A DNA stretch of 64,000 nucleotides from Planctomycetota bacterium (GTDB taxonomy: Bacteria; Planctomycetota; UBA1135; UBA2386), in assembly GCA_947501605.1 (NCBI GenBank), contig CANMWZ010000004.1:143349-207348 (forward strand). The letters run 5' to 3'. Below the pieces are notes generated by a model. It was given only the letters and a program-made list of their open reading frames with translations, did not search any database and was not told the origin of the DNA. Below are positions 1 to 9,208 of the stretch, piece after piece; position 1 is the first letter of the stretch, and every line of letters starts with the position of its first letter. A program made the position numbers and the translations under genes.

Positions 1-1221
1 GGCGTCACGGTCGTCTCCGTCGTCGGTCTGCTCGGTCAAGCTACGTGGCAAGGGAGCTGCAGCCGCTTCAGTGTCGCCGGTCGCGGTGGCGATGGCGATC
101 GCTTGGTCGAGATCGTCGAGCAGATCGCGGACGTCTTCGATGCCGATGCTGAGGCGCACGAGATCCAGACCGAGATCGCGATCCGTTCGCGCGGCGGTCG
201 GGATGCTCTTGTGCGACATGCTGCACGGCAGACTGACCGAGGACTGAACGCCGCCGAAGCTGACAGCGATGCGGAACAGCCGCAGGTTCTCGACCAAGCG
301 CTTGCTCACGCGGTCGTCGCCGGTCGTGAACGAGATCACGGCACCTGGCCCCGAGGCTTGGTTCTTGTGCACGGCCGCCGTCTTGTGGCCCGCGAGTCCC
401 GGGAACAGCACACGCGCGATGCCGCGACGTCGCGTGAGCCATTCGGCCACGCGCTGGGCACTCTGCTGTTGACGATCGAGTCGCAACGACAGGGTCTGCA
501 CGCTGCGGAGCAGCAAGAAGGAGTCGAACGGCGACAGCGCCGTGCCCTCGGCGTTTTGCAGGAACGCCAGTTGTCGGGCTAGGTGCTCGTCACGCACCGT
601 GACGACACCCGCAGTCAGATCGCCGTGGCCGCCGAGGTACTTGGTCGCCGAGTGCACCACGAAGTCGGCGCCGAGTCGCAGCGGTTGCTGCAAGTAGGGA
701 CTGACCGCGGTGGCATCGACGCACAGCCGGGCGCCGCGTTCGTGAGCGAGGCGCGCGAGCAGTCGCAGGTCACAGGCAAAGAGCAGCGGATTGCTCAACG
801 ACTCACAGAACACGAGCTTGGTCGCGGCTGTGATCGAGGCGGTAGCGCTCGCTGTCGTCGACAAGTCGGCGAAGCGAACGCGGATGCCGCGCGGTTCGAG
901 CACCTTGCAGAACAGCCGCCACGAGCCGCCATACACGTCGTCATGCGCCAACAATTCGTCGCCTGGAACGAGCAGGCGGGTGACCGCGGTGACCGCGGCG
1001 AGGCCGCTGCCGTAAGCGAGCGCGTGACCGCCGCCTTCGAGCTGCGCGAGGTGGCGTTCGAGTGCGTGGCGCGTGGGATTGCCGCTGCGCGAGTAGTCGT
1101 ACTGCGAGAACTCGGTGGCCGAGTCCTGCGCGAACGTCGCAGTCTGGTAGATCGGCACGGCGGTAGCTCGATGCGGATCGGACGTGGCGTCGATGCGCGC
1201 AATCCTGGTGCGGGTTCTCAC
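1..1221 (-). CDS. metC: Cystathionine beta-lyase-like PLP-dependent transsulfuration enzyme (3' end runs off window)
   Basis: Absent from the ORF track because there is no stop inside the window. Manual translation from GTG 1221 (GTGA overlap with the upstream stop) gives [39 protein letters not shown] (PLP lysine), AVSFGGVQS and [10 protein letters not shown]. Lyase versus synthase specificity is inferred. Confidence 0.85.
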   Translation of the reverse strand, partial: MRTRTRIARIDATSDPHRATAVPIYQTATFAQDSATEFSQYDYSRSGNPTRHALERHLAQLEGGGHALAYGSGLAAVTAVTRLLVPGDELLAHDDVYGGSWRLFCKVLEPRGIRVRFADLSTTASATASITAATKLVFCESLSNPLLFACDLRLLARLAHERGARLCVDATAVSPYLQQPLRLGADFVVHSATKYLGGHGDLTAGVVTVRDEHLARQLAFLQNAEGTALSPFDSFLLLRSVQTLSLRLDRQQQSAQRVAEWLTRRRGIARVLFPGLAGHKTAAVHKNQASGPGAVISFTTGDDRVSKRLVENLRLFRIAVSFGGVQSSVSLPCSMSHKSIPTAARTDRDLGLDLVRLSIGIEDVRDLLDDLDQAIAIATATGDTEAAAAPLPRSLTEQTDDGDDRDA

Positions 1222-2966
1222 GACGCCAACTCCTGCAGTGAAGCGGGCGCAGGGTGCTTCTCGCGTTCCCGCCGGAGGTCGAGCAGGTCGGCGAGCACGG
1301 CCTCGGCCGTGGGCCAACGCCCCGCCCCGCGACCGCTGCAGCGGAACTCGGCGCCGTCCTGGCAACGCACGACCGCCCCGCATTGATCGGGCTGCAGGAA
1401 GCCGAGTTCGTGCGACTCGGTGAGCAGCTTCGGGTTCGTGCGCAGCGCCACGCGATCGCCGTCGCCACTGGGCTGTACCGACAGGCGCGCGACGAGTCGA
1501 ATGCGCCCGCGGCCGAGGCCGGCGGCGAGCAGGTCGTGTGGGGCAGCGGCCGCCACGCCGCGAACTTCGACCGCGGATCGGTCGAACCACCGGCCGAACG
1601 CAGCGTGGGCGCACAGGCACAACTTGTCCGCGGCGTCGCTGCCGTCGAGGTCGAGGGTGGGGTCGGCCTCGGCGAGTCCCAGGGCGTAGGCAGCACGAGC
1701 CGCTTCGTCTTCCGAGAGTCCTTCGGCTCTGCGGTCGAGCACGAAGCTCGAGGTCGCGTTGAGCACGGCCGCGATGGCGACGATCGGGCCGTGCGCCCGC
1801 GCGCGAGCGATGGTCTCGAGGACCGGGACCGCGCCGCCGACGGCGGCAGCGAAGCGCAGTTCGGCCCCGGCGCGGATTGCCGTCGCGAACAGTTCCTCGC
1901 CGTGCCGCGCGAGCACAGCCTTGTTGGCGGTCACGACCGGAATGCCGCGCGACAGCGCTTCGTGGATGCACGAGCGCGCGGGCTCGAGGCCACCGAGGAG
2001 TTCGACGACGAGGTCGCACGGTGCGGCGAGCGCTTCGTTCACGTCGGGGACGAGCAGCGACAGCGGCACGCCGGTGTCGGCGGCGCGGCGCACGTTGCGC
2101 ACCGCGACCTTGGTCACGGTGAACCACTGCGGCAGGGCCTCGAGGCTCTTGTAGACGCCGAGCCCGATGCTGCCGAGACCGAGCAGGACGACGCGCAGCG
2201 GCGGCAATGGCTGCGCATCGGGCGCGCCGAGGCGCGAGGTCCTCGTGCCGACGAGGGTCACCTCGTCGCGGTTCTCGGTCGCGACCTCGAACTCGAGGTC
2301 GTGCACTTCTGCATACCGAACTGCTTTGTGCTGCACGATGCGGCCATCGAGGGACAGGGCATCGTCGTAGCGGATGGTCAGAAACGGCCTCGCGAGCGGT
2401 CCGGGCCGTTGCGGGTCGCGTTCGTAGAGCCCGCGCACGTCTTTGACCAAGCGGCAGCGCGCCGAGAGCGCACGCGCGAGGAATAGCGCGGTGAAGTCGG
2501 AGCCGCCGCGGCCGAGCAACGTGGTGCGGCCGCTGTGGTCGAGGCCGACGAAGCCGGGGACGACGACCACGGGAACGCATTCGAGCAGCGACCGCAGCGC
2601 CGAGGCATCGACCGACTCGGGCTCGGCGTCGAGCAGGCTCGAGTGGGTGCGGAGCCGTATGCGCGCCGCGTCGGCCACTTCGCACGGCAGACCGGCGCGG
2701 TGCACCGCCAGGGCGAGCAGCGCGGCGCTGGTCTGTTCGCCGGTCGCTAGCAAGGCCGCATACGCGGACGGAAGGGGCTCGTGGTCGTAGCCGCGGGCCT
2801 GGGCCGCGAGCGCATCGGTCGTGCCGTGAAGCGCCGAGACCACGGCGACAACGCGGTAGCCGCGGCGAACGTGGCGGTAGATCTCGTGCACGGCGCGCGC
2901 GATCGAGGTCTCGTCGCGGAGGACCGAGCCACCGAACTTCAACACCAGGATCTGGGACTCAGCCAC
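1218..2966 (-). CDS. Bifunctional aspartokinase/homoserine dehydrogenase without ACT domains (MetL-like)
   Basis: Kinase motifs VLKFGGS, GEQTSA and LGRGGSDFTA, then dehydrogenase motifs LGLGSIG, VVTANKA, AAVGGAVP, AEADPTLDLDGSDAADK and GRGAGRWPTA. Start set at GTG 2966, which follows GGAGG. Confidence 0.9.
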   Translation of the reverse strand: MAESQILVLKFGGSVLRDETSIARAVHEIYRHVRRGYRVVAVVSALHGTTDALAAQARGYDHEPLPSAYAALLATGEQTSAALLALAVHRAGLPCEVADAARIRLRTHSSLLDAEPESVDASALRSLLECVPVVVVPGFVGLDHSGRTTLLGRGGSDFTALFLARALSARCRLVKDVRGLYERDPQRPGPLARPFLTIRYDDALSLDGRIVQHKAVRYAEVHDLEFEVATENRDEVTLVGTRTSRLGAPDAQPLPPLRVVLLGLGSIGLGVYKSLEALPQWFTVTKVAVRNVRRAADTGVPLSLLVPDVNEALAAPCDLVVELLGGLEPARSCIHEALSRGIPVVTANKAVLARHGEELFATAIRAGAELRFAAAVGGAVPVLETIARARAHGPIVAIAAVLNATSSFVLDRRAEGLSEDEAARAAYALGLAEADPTLDLDGSDAADKLCLCAHAAFGRWFDRSAVEVRGVAAAAPHDLLAAGLGRGRIRLVARLSVQPSGDGDRVALRTNPKLLTESHELGFLQPDQCGAVVRCQDGAEFRCSGRGAGRWPTAEAVLADLLDLRREREKHPAPASLQELAS

Positions 2967-4197
2967 GATCCACCTCCGCCGAGAGGCTCGACGCGGCATC
3001 GGATCCGGCGAACGCGCACGCGCACGCGTGTTCGAGATCCGCCTCGACATCGACGGGATCCTCGAGCCCGACCGAGAGCCGGATCAGGCCCGGCGAGATC
3101 CCGAGGCGTTCTCGTTCGGCCAGCGGAACGTCGCCGTGCGTCATGGTCGCGGGGTGGGTGACGAGCGTCTCGACCGCGCCGAGGCTCTCGGCCAAGGTGC
3201 ACAACTCGAGGGACTCGACCACGCGCCGCGCACCGTCGAATCCACCGCGAACCTCGAACGCAACGACGTTGCCGTGAAGCGGGCCCGAACCATCGACCGA
3301 GCCGTGCTGGCGTTCGGCGAGTTCGCGCTGCGGGAACGACGCGAGTCCGGGGTAGCGAACCGACTCCGTGAACTCGCTCCGTTCGAGGAAGCGCGCGACA
3401 CGCAGCGCATTCTCGCTCTGCTTCCTGGCGCGCAGCGGCAGCGTCCGCAGGCCGCGCAACGTGAGCCACGCGTCGTGCGGCGCTTGGATCGAGCCAACCG
3501 TCTTGCGCACGAAGCGCAAACGCTCGAGCAACTCTTCGTCGCGGCTGGTGATCGCGCCGCCGATCGCACTGTTGTGCCCTTCGATCAACTTGGTGGTCGA
3601 GTAGAGGCTGACGTGGGCGCCGAGTTCGAGCGGGCGCAGGATCACCGGCGTGAGGAACGTGTTGTCGACGGCGAGCACGACCGATCGGCGCTTCGTCACC
3701 GCGGCAACGGCTGCGAGGTCGCAGAGCTGCAAGGTCGGGTTGGCGGGGGTCTCGACGAACACGAGCTTGGTCGAAGGTTCGATCGCGCGATCGAGAGCCG
3801 CGAGGTCCTTCGCGTCGACGAAGGTCGAGCGGATCCCGAGACCGGCGAGCAGTTGGCGCAGGAGGCGCACCGTGCCGCCGTAGACGACATCGGCGACGAC
3901 GACATGGTCGCCGCTGCGGCACAGAGCGAGGAACAGGGCCGTCTCGGCAGCGAGTCCGGATGCGAAGCAAACCGACGGGGGCGCGTGCTCGATCGCACCG
4001 AGGGCGCGTTCGAGGGCACTAACGGTTGGATTGCTGGCCCGGGAGTAGGTGTGGCCGCGGTTCTCGCCGAGGCGCGGTTGGTGGAAGGTGGTCGACTGAA
4101 CGATCGGGGGGACGATCGCACCGGTGGTGGGATCGGCCTCACCGCCGCCGCGCACCGCGCGGGTCGATTCGCCGAACTGGGGTTGCAGGTTCGCCAT
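2959..4197 (-). CDS. metB: Cystathionine gamma-synthase
   Basis: GAIVPPIVQSTTF, YSRASNPT, FVETPANPT, VDNTFLTP, YSTTKLIEGH, AESLGAVETL and IRLSVGLED; first gene downstream of the riboswitch. Confidence 0.85.
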   Translation of the reverse strand: MANLQPQFGESTRAVRGGGEADPTTGAIVPPIVQSTTFHQPRLGENRGHTYSRASNPTVSALERALGAIEHAPPSVCFASGLAAETALFLALCRSGDHVVVADVVYGGTVRLLRQLLAGLGIRSTFVDAKDLAALDRAIEPSTKLVFVETPANPTLQLCDLAAVAAVTKRRSVVLAVDNTFLTPVILRPLELGAHVSLYSTTKLIEGHNSAIGGAITSRDEELLERLRFVRKTVGSIQAPHDAWLTLRGLRTLPLRARKQSENALRVARFLERSEFTESVRYPGLASFPQRELAERQHGSVDGSGPLHGNVVAFEVRGGFDGARRVVESLELCTLAESLGAVETLVTHPATMTHGDVPLAERERLGISPGLIRLSVGLEDPVDVEADLEHACACAFAGSDAASSLSAEVDRG

Positions 4198-4327
4198 GAC
4201 GTGGGGGTTCCAGGTGCATCGCGAACTGCTGGCTGCACAGGGAACCTCGGCGACACGGAACGACCGCGCCGTGGGCGCGGAGGTGCTCGTTTTTGCTCGT
4301 CACCACACCGACATCGGAGTGGGCTCG

Positions 4328-4431
4328 CCGCATCGTTCCCCTGGCGGGGCTGGCCTCGGCACCGCGGCCTGTAGGAACAGGCTCGGTTGCCGCCCGGGTT
4401 GCACGAAGGCTCACCGGGACTCGGGATGCGG
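4328..4431 (-). ncRNA. SAM-I (S-box)-like riboswitch aptamer, divergent
   Basis: Minus strand: P1 CCGCAUC/GAUGCGG, P2 CCCGG/CCGGG, core CGGCAACC...GGUGCC (P3), P4 CCCC-GCCA-GGGG, and loop CUUCG able to pair with CGAGG. Lies about 130 nt upstream of metB. Confidence 0.85.
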
Positions 4432-4500
4432 GGGCGTTTCTAGCGAGTGGGTTGGGGATGTCAAGCGCGGCGATCGCGCTACCCGCAAGGGCCGCCTCGA

Positions 4501-5205
4501 TCAACGGAGGCGGAAGTCGTGACGCTGGGTGACGGCGAAGGTGCCACTCGTCGGATCGAGCAGGAGCCACTGTGCAGCGAGGGCGATGCCGCCAGTAGCG
4601 GTGACGGGCAATGGCAGGTTGACGTGCGCGTAGCCGCGGTCGAGGCCTGTGGAGCCGATGACTGTAGGCACGGCGACGGCCGGGGCGACGAAGGCGGAGC
4701 AGCCGGTCCAACCGAACGGATCGAGGGCGATGGGGAGGGCGAGGCCGGCGTAGGAGGTATCACTGGCGAAGCCGCCGACGAGCCATCCGAGGGAGCCGGG
4801 GGAGCCGGCAGCTACTGTGATGAGGGCGTTGCCTTGGACTTGGCGCGTGCTGATTTGAGGGAGGTCTGGGGTGGAGCTGTGGGCTATGCCGTTCGCGGGG
4901 CCCTGGCCGATGAGGTGGGTGTCGAGGGTGTGGATGGTCCCGGGCGACCTCGTGACTGTGTCAGGCCAAACGAGGACTTGATAGGGACTGCCGGCATGGG
5001 AGCCCAGGTTCACCAACGTGTTGGGATTGACGAGGTCCCCGCCGCGCGAACCATTAGGGAATACCAGGGGATGGCGTGCGGTTCGGAAATGTGCAGGGGT
5101 GGCTACCTGGACCGATCGGGCTGAATGGTTTGCGGGTGTATCGGTGGAATTGGGCCCGAGTAAAGCGCAACAGGGGCCTCGCCCCTCCTTACGACGCCTG
5201 CGCAA
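4501..5205 (-). CDS. Hypothetical protein or N-terminally truncated remnant carrying the shared C-terminal domain
   Basis: The C-terminal half (LPIALDPFGWTGC...GYAHVNLPLP...AQWLLLDP) resembles the C-termini of 13767..14963 and 19761..20861. There is no convincing start or signal peptide, and it abuts the lower-GC islet. Confidence 0.55.
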   Translation of the reverse strand: MRRRRKEGRGPCCALLGPNSTDTPANHSARSVQVATPAHFRTARHPLVFPNGSRGGDLVNPNTLVNLGSHAGSPYQVLVWPDTVTRSPGTIHTLDTHLIGQGPANGIAHSSTPDLPQISTRQVQGNALITVAAGSPGSLGWLVGGFASDTSYAGLALPIALDPFGWTGCSAFVAPAVAVPTVIGSTGLDRGYAHVNLPLPVTATGGIALAAQWLLLDPTSGTFAVTQRHDFRLR

Positions 5206-5294
5206 AGCATGCCCTACAGCTCAGCTCCGTCACCGGCGAACTTTTCCTTTCACGGCCCTTGACGCGACGTGTTGGACCTGTTTCCTTTGCCTGC

Positions 5295-5612
5295 ATGAAC
5301 CTTGAACCGGTGGAGGATCCATTCACGCCGCTCCTGGATAAGTGCGATTTCATGATAGCGAAGGGCTTCATGACGACAGCGCGACGCGACGAGCTGCTGG
5401 CCCAAGTTTCCATTCTGGAGAACGCAATGGCACAGCTAACCCAGGATCATCCAGGTGAGTTTGTAGCAGTTGCTAACGGAAAGTTCTATTTTGCAGACAG
5501 TGTCGAAGCTGTCGAAGATGAGGTCATGACGCAACAGCCATCGCACATGTTTGCTTTGGCCGGTATCTCGCCGGCAAAATACCGCTTCGACATCCCAGCT
5601 TCAGGGGGCTAG
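5295..5612 (+). CDS. Small DUF5678-like protein
   Basis: ATG 5295, 105 aa; the motif LTQDHPGEFVAVANGKFY resembles the DUF5678 pattern (xxYxGxxVAhxxGxh); lower GC. Confidence 0.6.
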   Translation: MNLEPVEDPFTPLLDKCDFMIAKGFMTTARRDELLAQVSILENAMAQLTQDHPGEFVAVANGKFYFADSVEAVEDEVMTQQPSHMFALAGISPAKYRFDIPASGG

Positions 5613-5616
5613 ATTC

Positions 5617-6045
5617 ATGGCAAACGAACCAGGCGCAACACCATATCAGGGCGGAGTTCCAAGAGCCGCCGTTACGGTCACAGGTGATGCATGGCCCCCT
5701 CCTGGGCAAGGCTCGACCGTCCTCCCTGACGTCATCGTCGACTCGGGGGCCAGCGAAAGTATGCTCAGGAACGAGTCCACCGCAGGGCTCAAGCTCACAA
5801 TCGTTGGCGTGGCCGTTGGGGACAAGCCAATGGGGCGCATGACTGCCCTGAAGGTAGAATTCGTGAACGGCGGATGGTCATTCAAAGCCAAGCAAGGCGC
5901 CGTCGAGGTCGCGAGAACCTGCACTCGCCCGTTTGCCCTCGGTGGCAATAACATGCTGGGAAACGACCAACTCGGAGAAGCCGGTTGCGGTCACGACAAC
6001 CGGCCTACACAGAAGACCGGGACGATTTACGTTATGCCATCATGA
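5617..6045 (+). CDS. Retropepsin-like (clan AA) aspartic protease
   Basis: ATG 5617, 142 aa; catalytic IVDSGAS motif and C-terminal NMLGND (equivalent to hLGRD). Confidence 0.7.
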   Translation: MANEPGATPYQGGVPRAAVTVTGDAWPPPGQGSTVLPDVIVDSGASESMLRNESTAGLKLTIVGVAVGDKPMGRMTALKVEFVNGGWSFKAKQGAVEVARTCTRPFALGGNNMLGNDQLGEAGCGHDNRPTQKTGTIYVMPS

Positions 6046-6557
6046 CAATCATTTCCGACAGGTTGAGCATGCTTGAGCGGCGCCTCCGCCGGACTCAAGC
6101 ATGTCTTGTTGCAGTGGCTGCTGGAATTATCGCAGTTCTTGCGATGGCTGCGATTCAAGACCCAAAGTCCATCAAGCCCGTTAGCCCCGGACCAATCAGA
6201 GCTACGAGATTCGACATTGTTGACTCTAAGGAGAGAGTTCGCGGAAGTTGGGAAATCGCCAACGACGGCGGTGAAGGCTCTCCATTGCTAACTCTTTGTG
6301 ACGCCGCAAGCTCAAGTCGCATAGCGCTAAGCGTTGTTGCCGACATGCCGGTCATCACCGTAAGTGGCGCATTGAAGGATGACGGAGTCATGCGGGAGCG
6401 CATCTTGCTTTCGATCGGGCAAGATGCAAGCCCCGATATCAGGGTGTTCGATTCCGATGGCATGCTGCGGAGTCAACTGTGCATTGGAAGTGAAGGTGCT
6501 GTCTTCCTTTTGATGGACAAGTCTGGCAAGACCGTTTTCCAGGCTCCTGTCAAGTAG
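6042..6557 (+). CDS. Membrane-anchored hypothetical protein
   Basis: ATGA overlap with the protease stop; short coiled segment (RLSMLERRLRR), hydrophobic helix ACLVAVAAGIIAVLAMAAI, then a beta-rich region (IRATRFDIVDSKERVRG). Confidence 0.75.
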   Translation: MTIISDRLSMLERRLRRTQACLVAVAAGIIAVLAMAAIQDPKSIKPVSPGPIRATRFDIVDSKERVRGSWEIANDGGEGSPLLTLCDAASSSRIALSVVADMPVITVSGALKDDGVMRERILLSIGQDASPDIRVFDSDGMLRSQLCIGSEGAVFLLMDKSGKTVFQAPVK

Positions 6558-6576
6558 GAGGCCCCAAGTAGGAGGC
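6551..6576. repeat. 12-bp direct repeat CAAGTAGGAGGC x2
   Basis: Copies at 6551-6562 and 6565-6576, spanning the stop codon of the last islet gene. Confidence 0.85.
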
Positions 6577-6922
6577 GCGGCGCGACCCGGGCGACTCCAC
6601 GGCGACACTGGTGTCAGATGCATGGGGAACTCCTGCAGCAAGGTTCCCTGTCGCGGCCGCACCGTGCAACCGCAGCTGCGGAAGGCTACGCCCGCTGCGC
6701 GTCGGACCGCAACCCCCTCGACGCGCGCCAAGTGGACGATCCGCGGCACCCAACCGAGTTGCCACCATCCAACGCCTCATCGCAAGGCGAAGACCGCACT
6801 CGCGCCCCCTTCCCTCTCGCCCGCCACAATCCCTAGTCCTGCGCCTTGTGCCGTGCGCCTGACCGTTCCGATATCGTCCGCATGCCCACGACCCCCCGGC
6901 CCGACCTAGAAGCGCCCCGCAG

Positions 6923-8056
6923 ATGACCGACTTCGAACTCAACCGCGACTGCCGTCACGTGCACTGGGACCGCCCCTGTGCGCCGCACAAGAAGCGCGGC
7001 AAGGTCTGCGGCACCTGCGACGAGTACTCCCCGGTGCGCCACCGCGTCTTGATGGTCAAGCTCGCTGCTACCGGCGACGTGTTGCGCACCACCAGCTTCC
7101 TCCCCGCGATTCATGCGACGTGGCCCGGTGCGCGCGTGACTTGGCTGACCAAGAAGGGCGCGGCGGGCCTGTTCGCCGGCAACCCGCTGGTCGCCGAGGT
7201 GCTCACCACCGACGACGCGATCACGGCCGCGCGCCTTGCGACCGAGGAGTTCGACGTCGTGCTCTGCCCCGATGCCGATCCCGAAGCCGCGGTGCTCGCT
7301 GCCATGGCCAAGGGCAAGGAGCGCCGTGGATTCGTGCGCACTGCCGATGGCCAGGTGAAGGCCCTGTCCGCAGGCGCCGAGCGCTGGTTCCAGATGGGGC
7401 TCTCCGACAGCCGCAAGAAGGCCAACACCCGCACCTACCAGGCCCTTGTCGCCGAAGTGCTCGGCTTCGATCCTGACTCCGTGCGCGAGCCCATTCTGGT
7501 GCCGAGTGCGCGCGACGAGCAGTCCGCGGCCGCATTCCACGCGAGCCTCGGCTTCAGCGGTCCGCTGGTTGGACTCAACACCGGAGCCGGTGGGCGTTGG
7601 GCCTACAAGCAGTGGACCAAGGCGCACCAGGAGACCTTCGTGCGCACCTGCACGGACCAGGGGCTCGGCGTGATGCTGCTCGGTGGGCCCGAAGAAGTAC
7701 AGCGGCACCAGGACCTGCTGGCGGTGAGCCAAGGCCGGCCGGTGTTTGATGCCGGCAACGACAACTCGTTCGGTCGCTTCGCCGCGCTGCTCGAACGCTG
7801 CCGCGTCGTCGTCACCAGCGATTCGCTTGCGGTGCATGTCGCGGCGGCGCGCAAAGTGCCGGCGGTGGTGTTGTTTGGCCCGACATCGGCGGCCGAGATC
7901 GAGCTGTACGGACGCGGCGAAAAGGTCGTGCCCGCGGGCCTCGACTGTCTCTGTTGCTACCTGCCGATGTGCGACAAGAAGCCGCATTGCCAGGCGCTGA
8001 TTCAACCGGAACACGTGTTTCTGGCAGTGCAGCGGCAGTTGCTCCAGCGTTACTAG
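6923..8056 (+). CDS. Glycosyltransferase family 9 (LPS heptosyltransferase-like) with Cys-rich N-terminus
   Basis: VKLAATGDVLRTT, VTSDSLAVHVAAA and VVLFGPTS; N-terminal DCRH...PC..HK....C..C. Confidence 0.9.
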   Translation: MTDFELNRDCRHVHWDRPCAPHKKRGKVCGTCDEYSPVRHRVLMVKLAATGDVLRTTSFLPAIHATWPGARVTWLTKKGAAGLFAGNPLVAEVLTTDDAITAARLATEEFDVVLCPDADPEAAVLAAMAKGKERRGFVRTADGQVKALSAGAERWFQMGLSDSRKKANTRTYQALVAEVLGFDPDSVREPILVPSARDEQSAAAFHASLGFSGPLVGLNTGAGGRWAYKQWTKAHQETFVRTCTDQGLGVMLLGGPEEVQRHQDLLAVSQGRPVFDAGNDNSFGRFAALLERCRVVVTSDSLAVHVAAARKVPAVVLFGPTSAAEIELYGRGEKVVPAGLDCLCCYLPMCDKKPHCQALIQPEHVFLAVQRQLLQRY

Positions 8057-8083
8057 CAGTGGCGCAGGAGCCGCGACGGCGCA

Positions 8084-8114
8084 GCGGCGGGGAGGGGCGC
8101 GGTCTCCCCGCCGC
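8084..8114 (+). terminator. Strong GC hairpin downstream of the GT9 gene (possible terminator or processing site)
   Basis: GCGGCGGGGAG-9 nt-CTCCCCGCCGC, an 11-bp perfect stem with no U-tract. Confidence 0.4.
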
Positions 8115-8275
8115 CGCATCGCGGGCGGAGCCGAGGCGCGAGCGCGGCGGTGCTCAGGGTTGGAGTCGATTCGCTCTTGCTGGACCGCCGCGCCTGGTTT
8201 GCGCGGGCTGCGACAGCGGCGCTGCCGCGGGTGCTCGCTGGACGCGCGGTGCTCGGTGCCGCAGGATGGGCGTCG

Positions 8276-9208
8276 ATGACGTTCCTTGGCCTCGATTGCG
8301 GCGGCACCAAGACGCGGACGGCGTGGTGGCCGCGCGGCGTGCATGAACTGGGCACGGGCGCTGCTGTGCAACCGGCCTCGCATGGCGTCGAGGCGGCGTC
8401 GCGGGCGCTGGTGGAACGGATCCGCACCGCCGACCCACGCAGCGAGGCCGAAGCGATCGTCGCGGCGATCGCCGGGGCGGGCGATGCGACGATCCGTTCG
8501 GAGTTGCTGCGTGCGGTGGCCGCTGCTGGCATTGCAACCAAGGTCGCAATCGTCGGCGACACTCTGGCGGCCGCTGCCGCCGTGCTCGAAACCGGCCCCG
8601 GAGCCCTGGTCTTTGCCGGCACGGGGTCCTTCGCCGTGGTGCGTGCAGTCGACGGCACCTTGCACCGAACGGGCGGCCGCGGCCACCTGCTCGGCGACCA
8701 GGGCTCGGGCTATGACCTCGTGCGCCGAGCGGCCGCCGCGGTGGTGCTCGCCGTCGATGATCTTGGACCGCCGACCGCCTTGACCGAGGCTCTGTGCCGC
8801 GCCTTTGCGGCGCCCTCGCCATCGCGGCTTGGCGCCGTGTTGCAGCAGAAGGCGCAGGGCGAGGTCGCGGCGGCCTTGCCGATCGTCCTCGACTGCGCAC
8901 TGCGTGGCGATCAAGCCGCGGGGGCCGTTCTCGAGGACGGCATGGAGATGCTGGCGATGGTCTGCAACGCTGCGGTGCGCACCGCCGATCTCGAATGGCG
9001 CGGATTGCCGGTGCACCTTGGTGGCGGCGTGCTCACGGGCAGCGACGCCCTCCGTGAATTGCTGCAAGCGCGGCTCCGAGGCTTTGGCGCCGGGCCGTTT
9101 GCGCTCGTGCCTGCCGATGCGGCGGCTCTTGGCGCCGCGCGGCTCGCGTTCGCGTGGCATCAGCGCGAACAACCGATGTGCCGATGGGTGGACGATGGCG
9201 CGCTCTGA
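8276..9208 (+). CDS. BadF/BadG/BcrA/BcrD-family ATPase; N-acetylglucosamine/N-acetylmuramic acid kinase-like
   Basis: FLGLDCGGTKT, AGTGS, GGRGHLLGDQGSGY and LGGGV. Confidence 0.85.
   Translation: MTFLGLDCGGTKTRTAWWPRGVHELGTGAAVQPASHGVEAASRALVERIRTADPRSEAEAIVAAIAGAGDATIRSELLRAVAAAGIATKVAIVGDTLAAAAAVLETGPGALVFAGTGSFAVVRAVDGTLHRTGGRGHLLGDQGSGYDLVRRAAAAVVLAVDDLGPPTALTEALCRAFAAPSPSRLGAVLQQKAQGEVAAALPIVLDCALRGDQAAGAVLEDGMEMLAMVCNAAVRTADLEWRGLPVHLGGGVLTGSDALRELLQARLRGFGAGPFALVPADAAALGAARLAFAWHQREQPMCRWVDDGAL

Noticed and set aside
1..100. Possible fusion of the metC-like enzyme to a downstream domain, since there is no stop in the window
   Set aside because: The extension is a short low-complexity tail, and a GGAG followed by an out-of-frame GTG at position 8 suggests the next gene starts here. 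It cannot be settled within this window.
103..4374. Long plus-strand ORFs (103..582, 583..1386, 1254..2486, 3028..4374)
   Set aside because: Antisense shadows of the met operon, expected in high-GC DNA, with no recognisable motifs.
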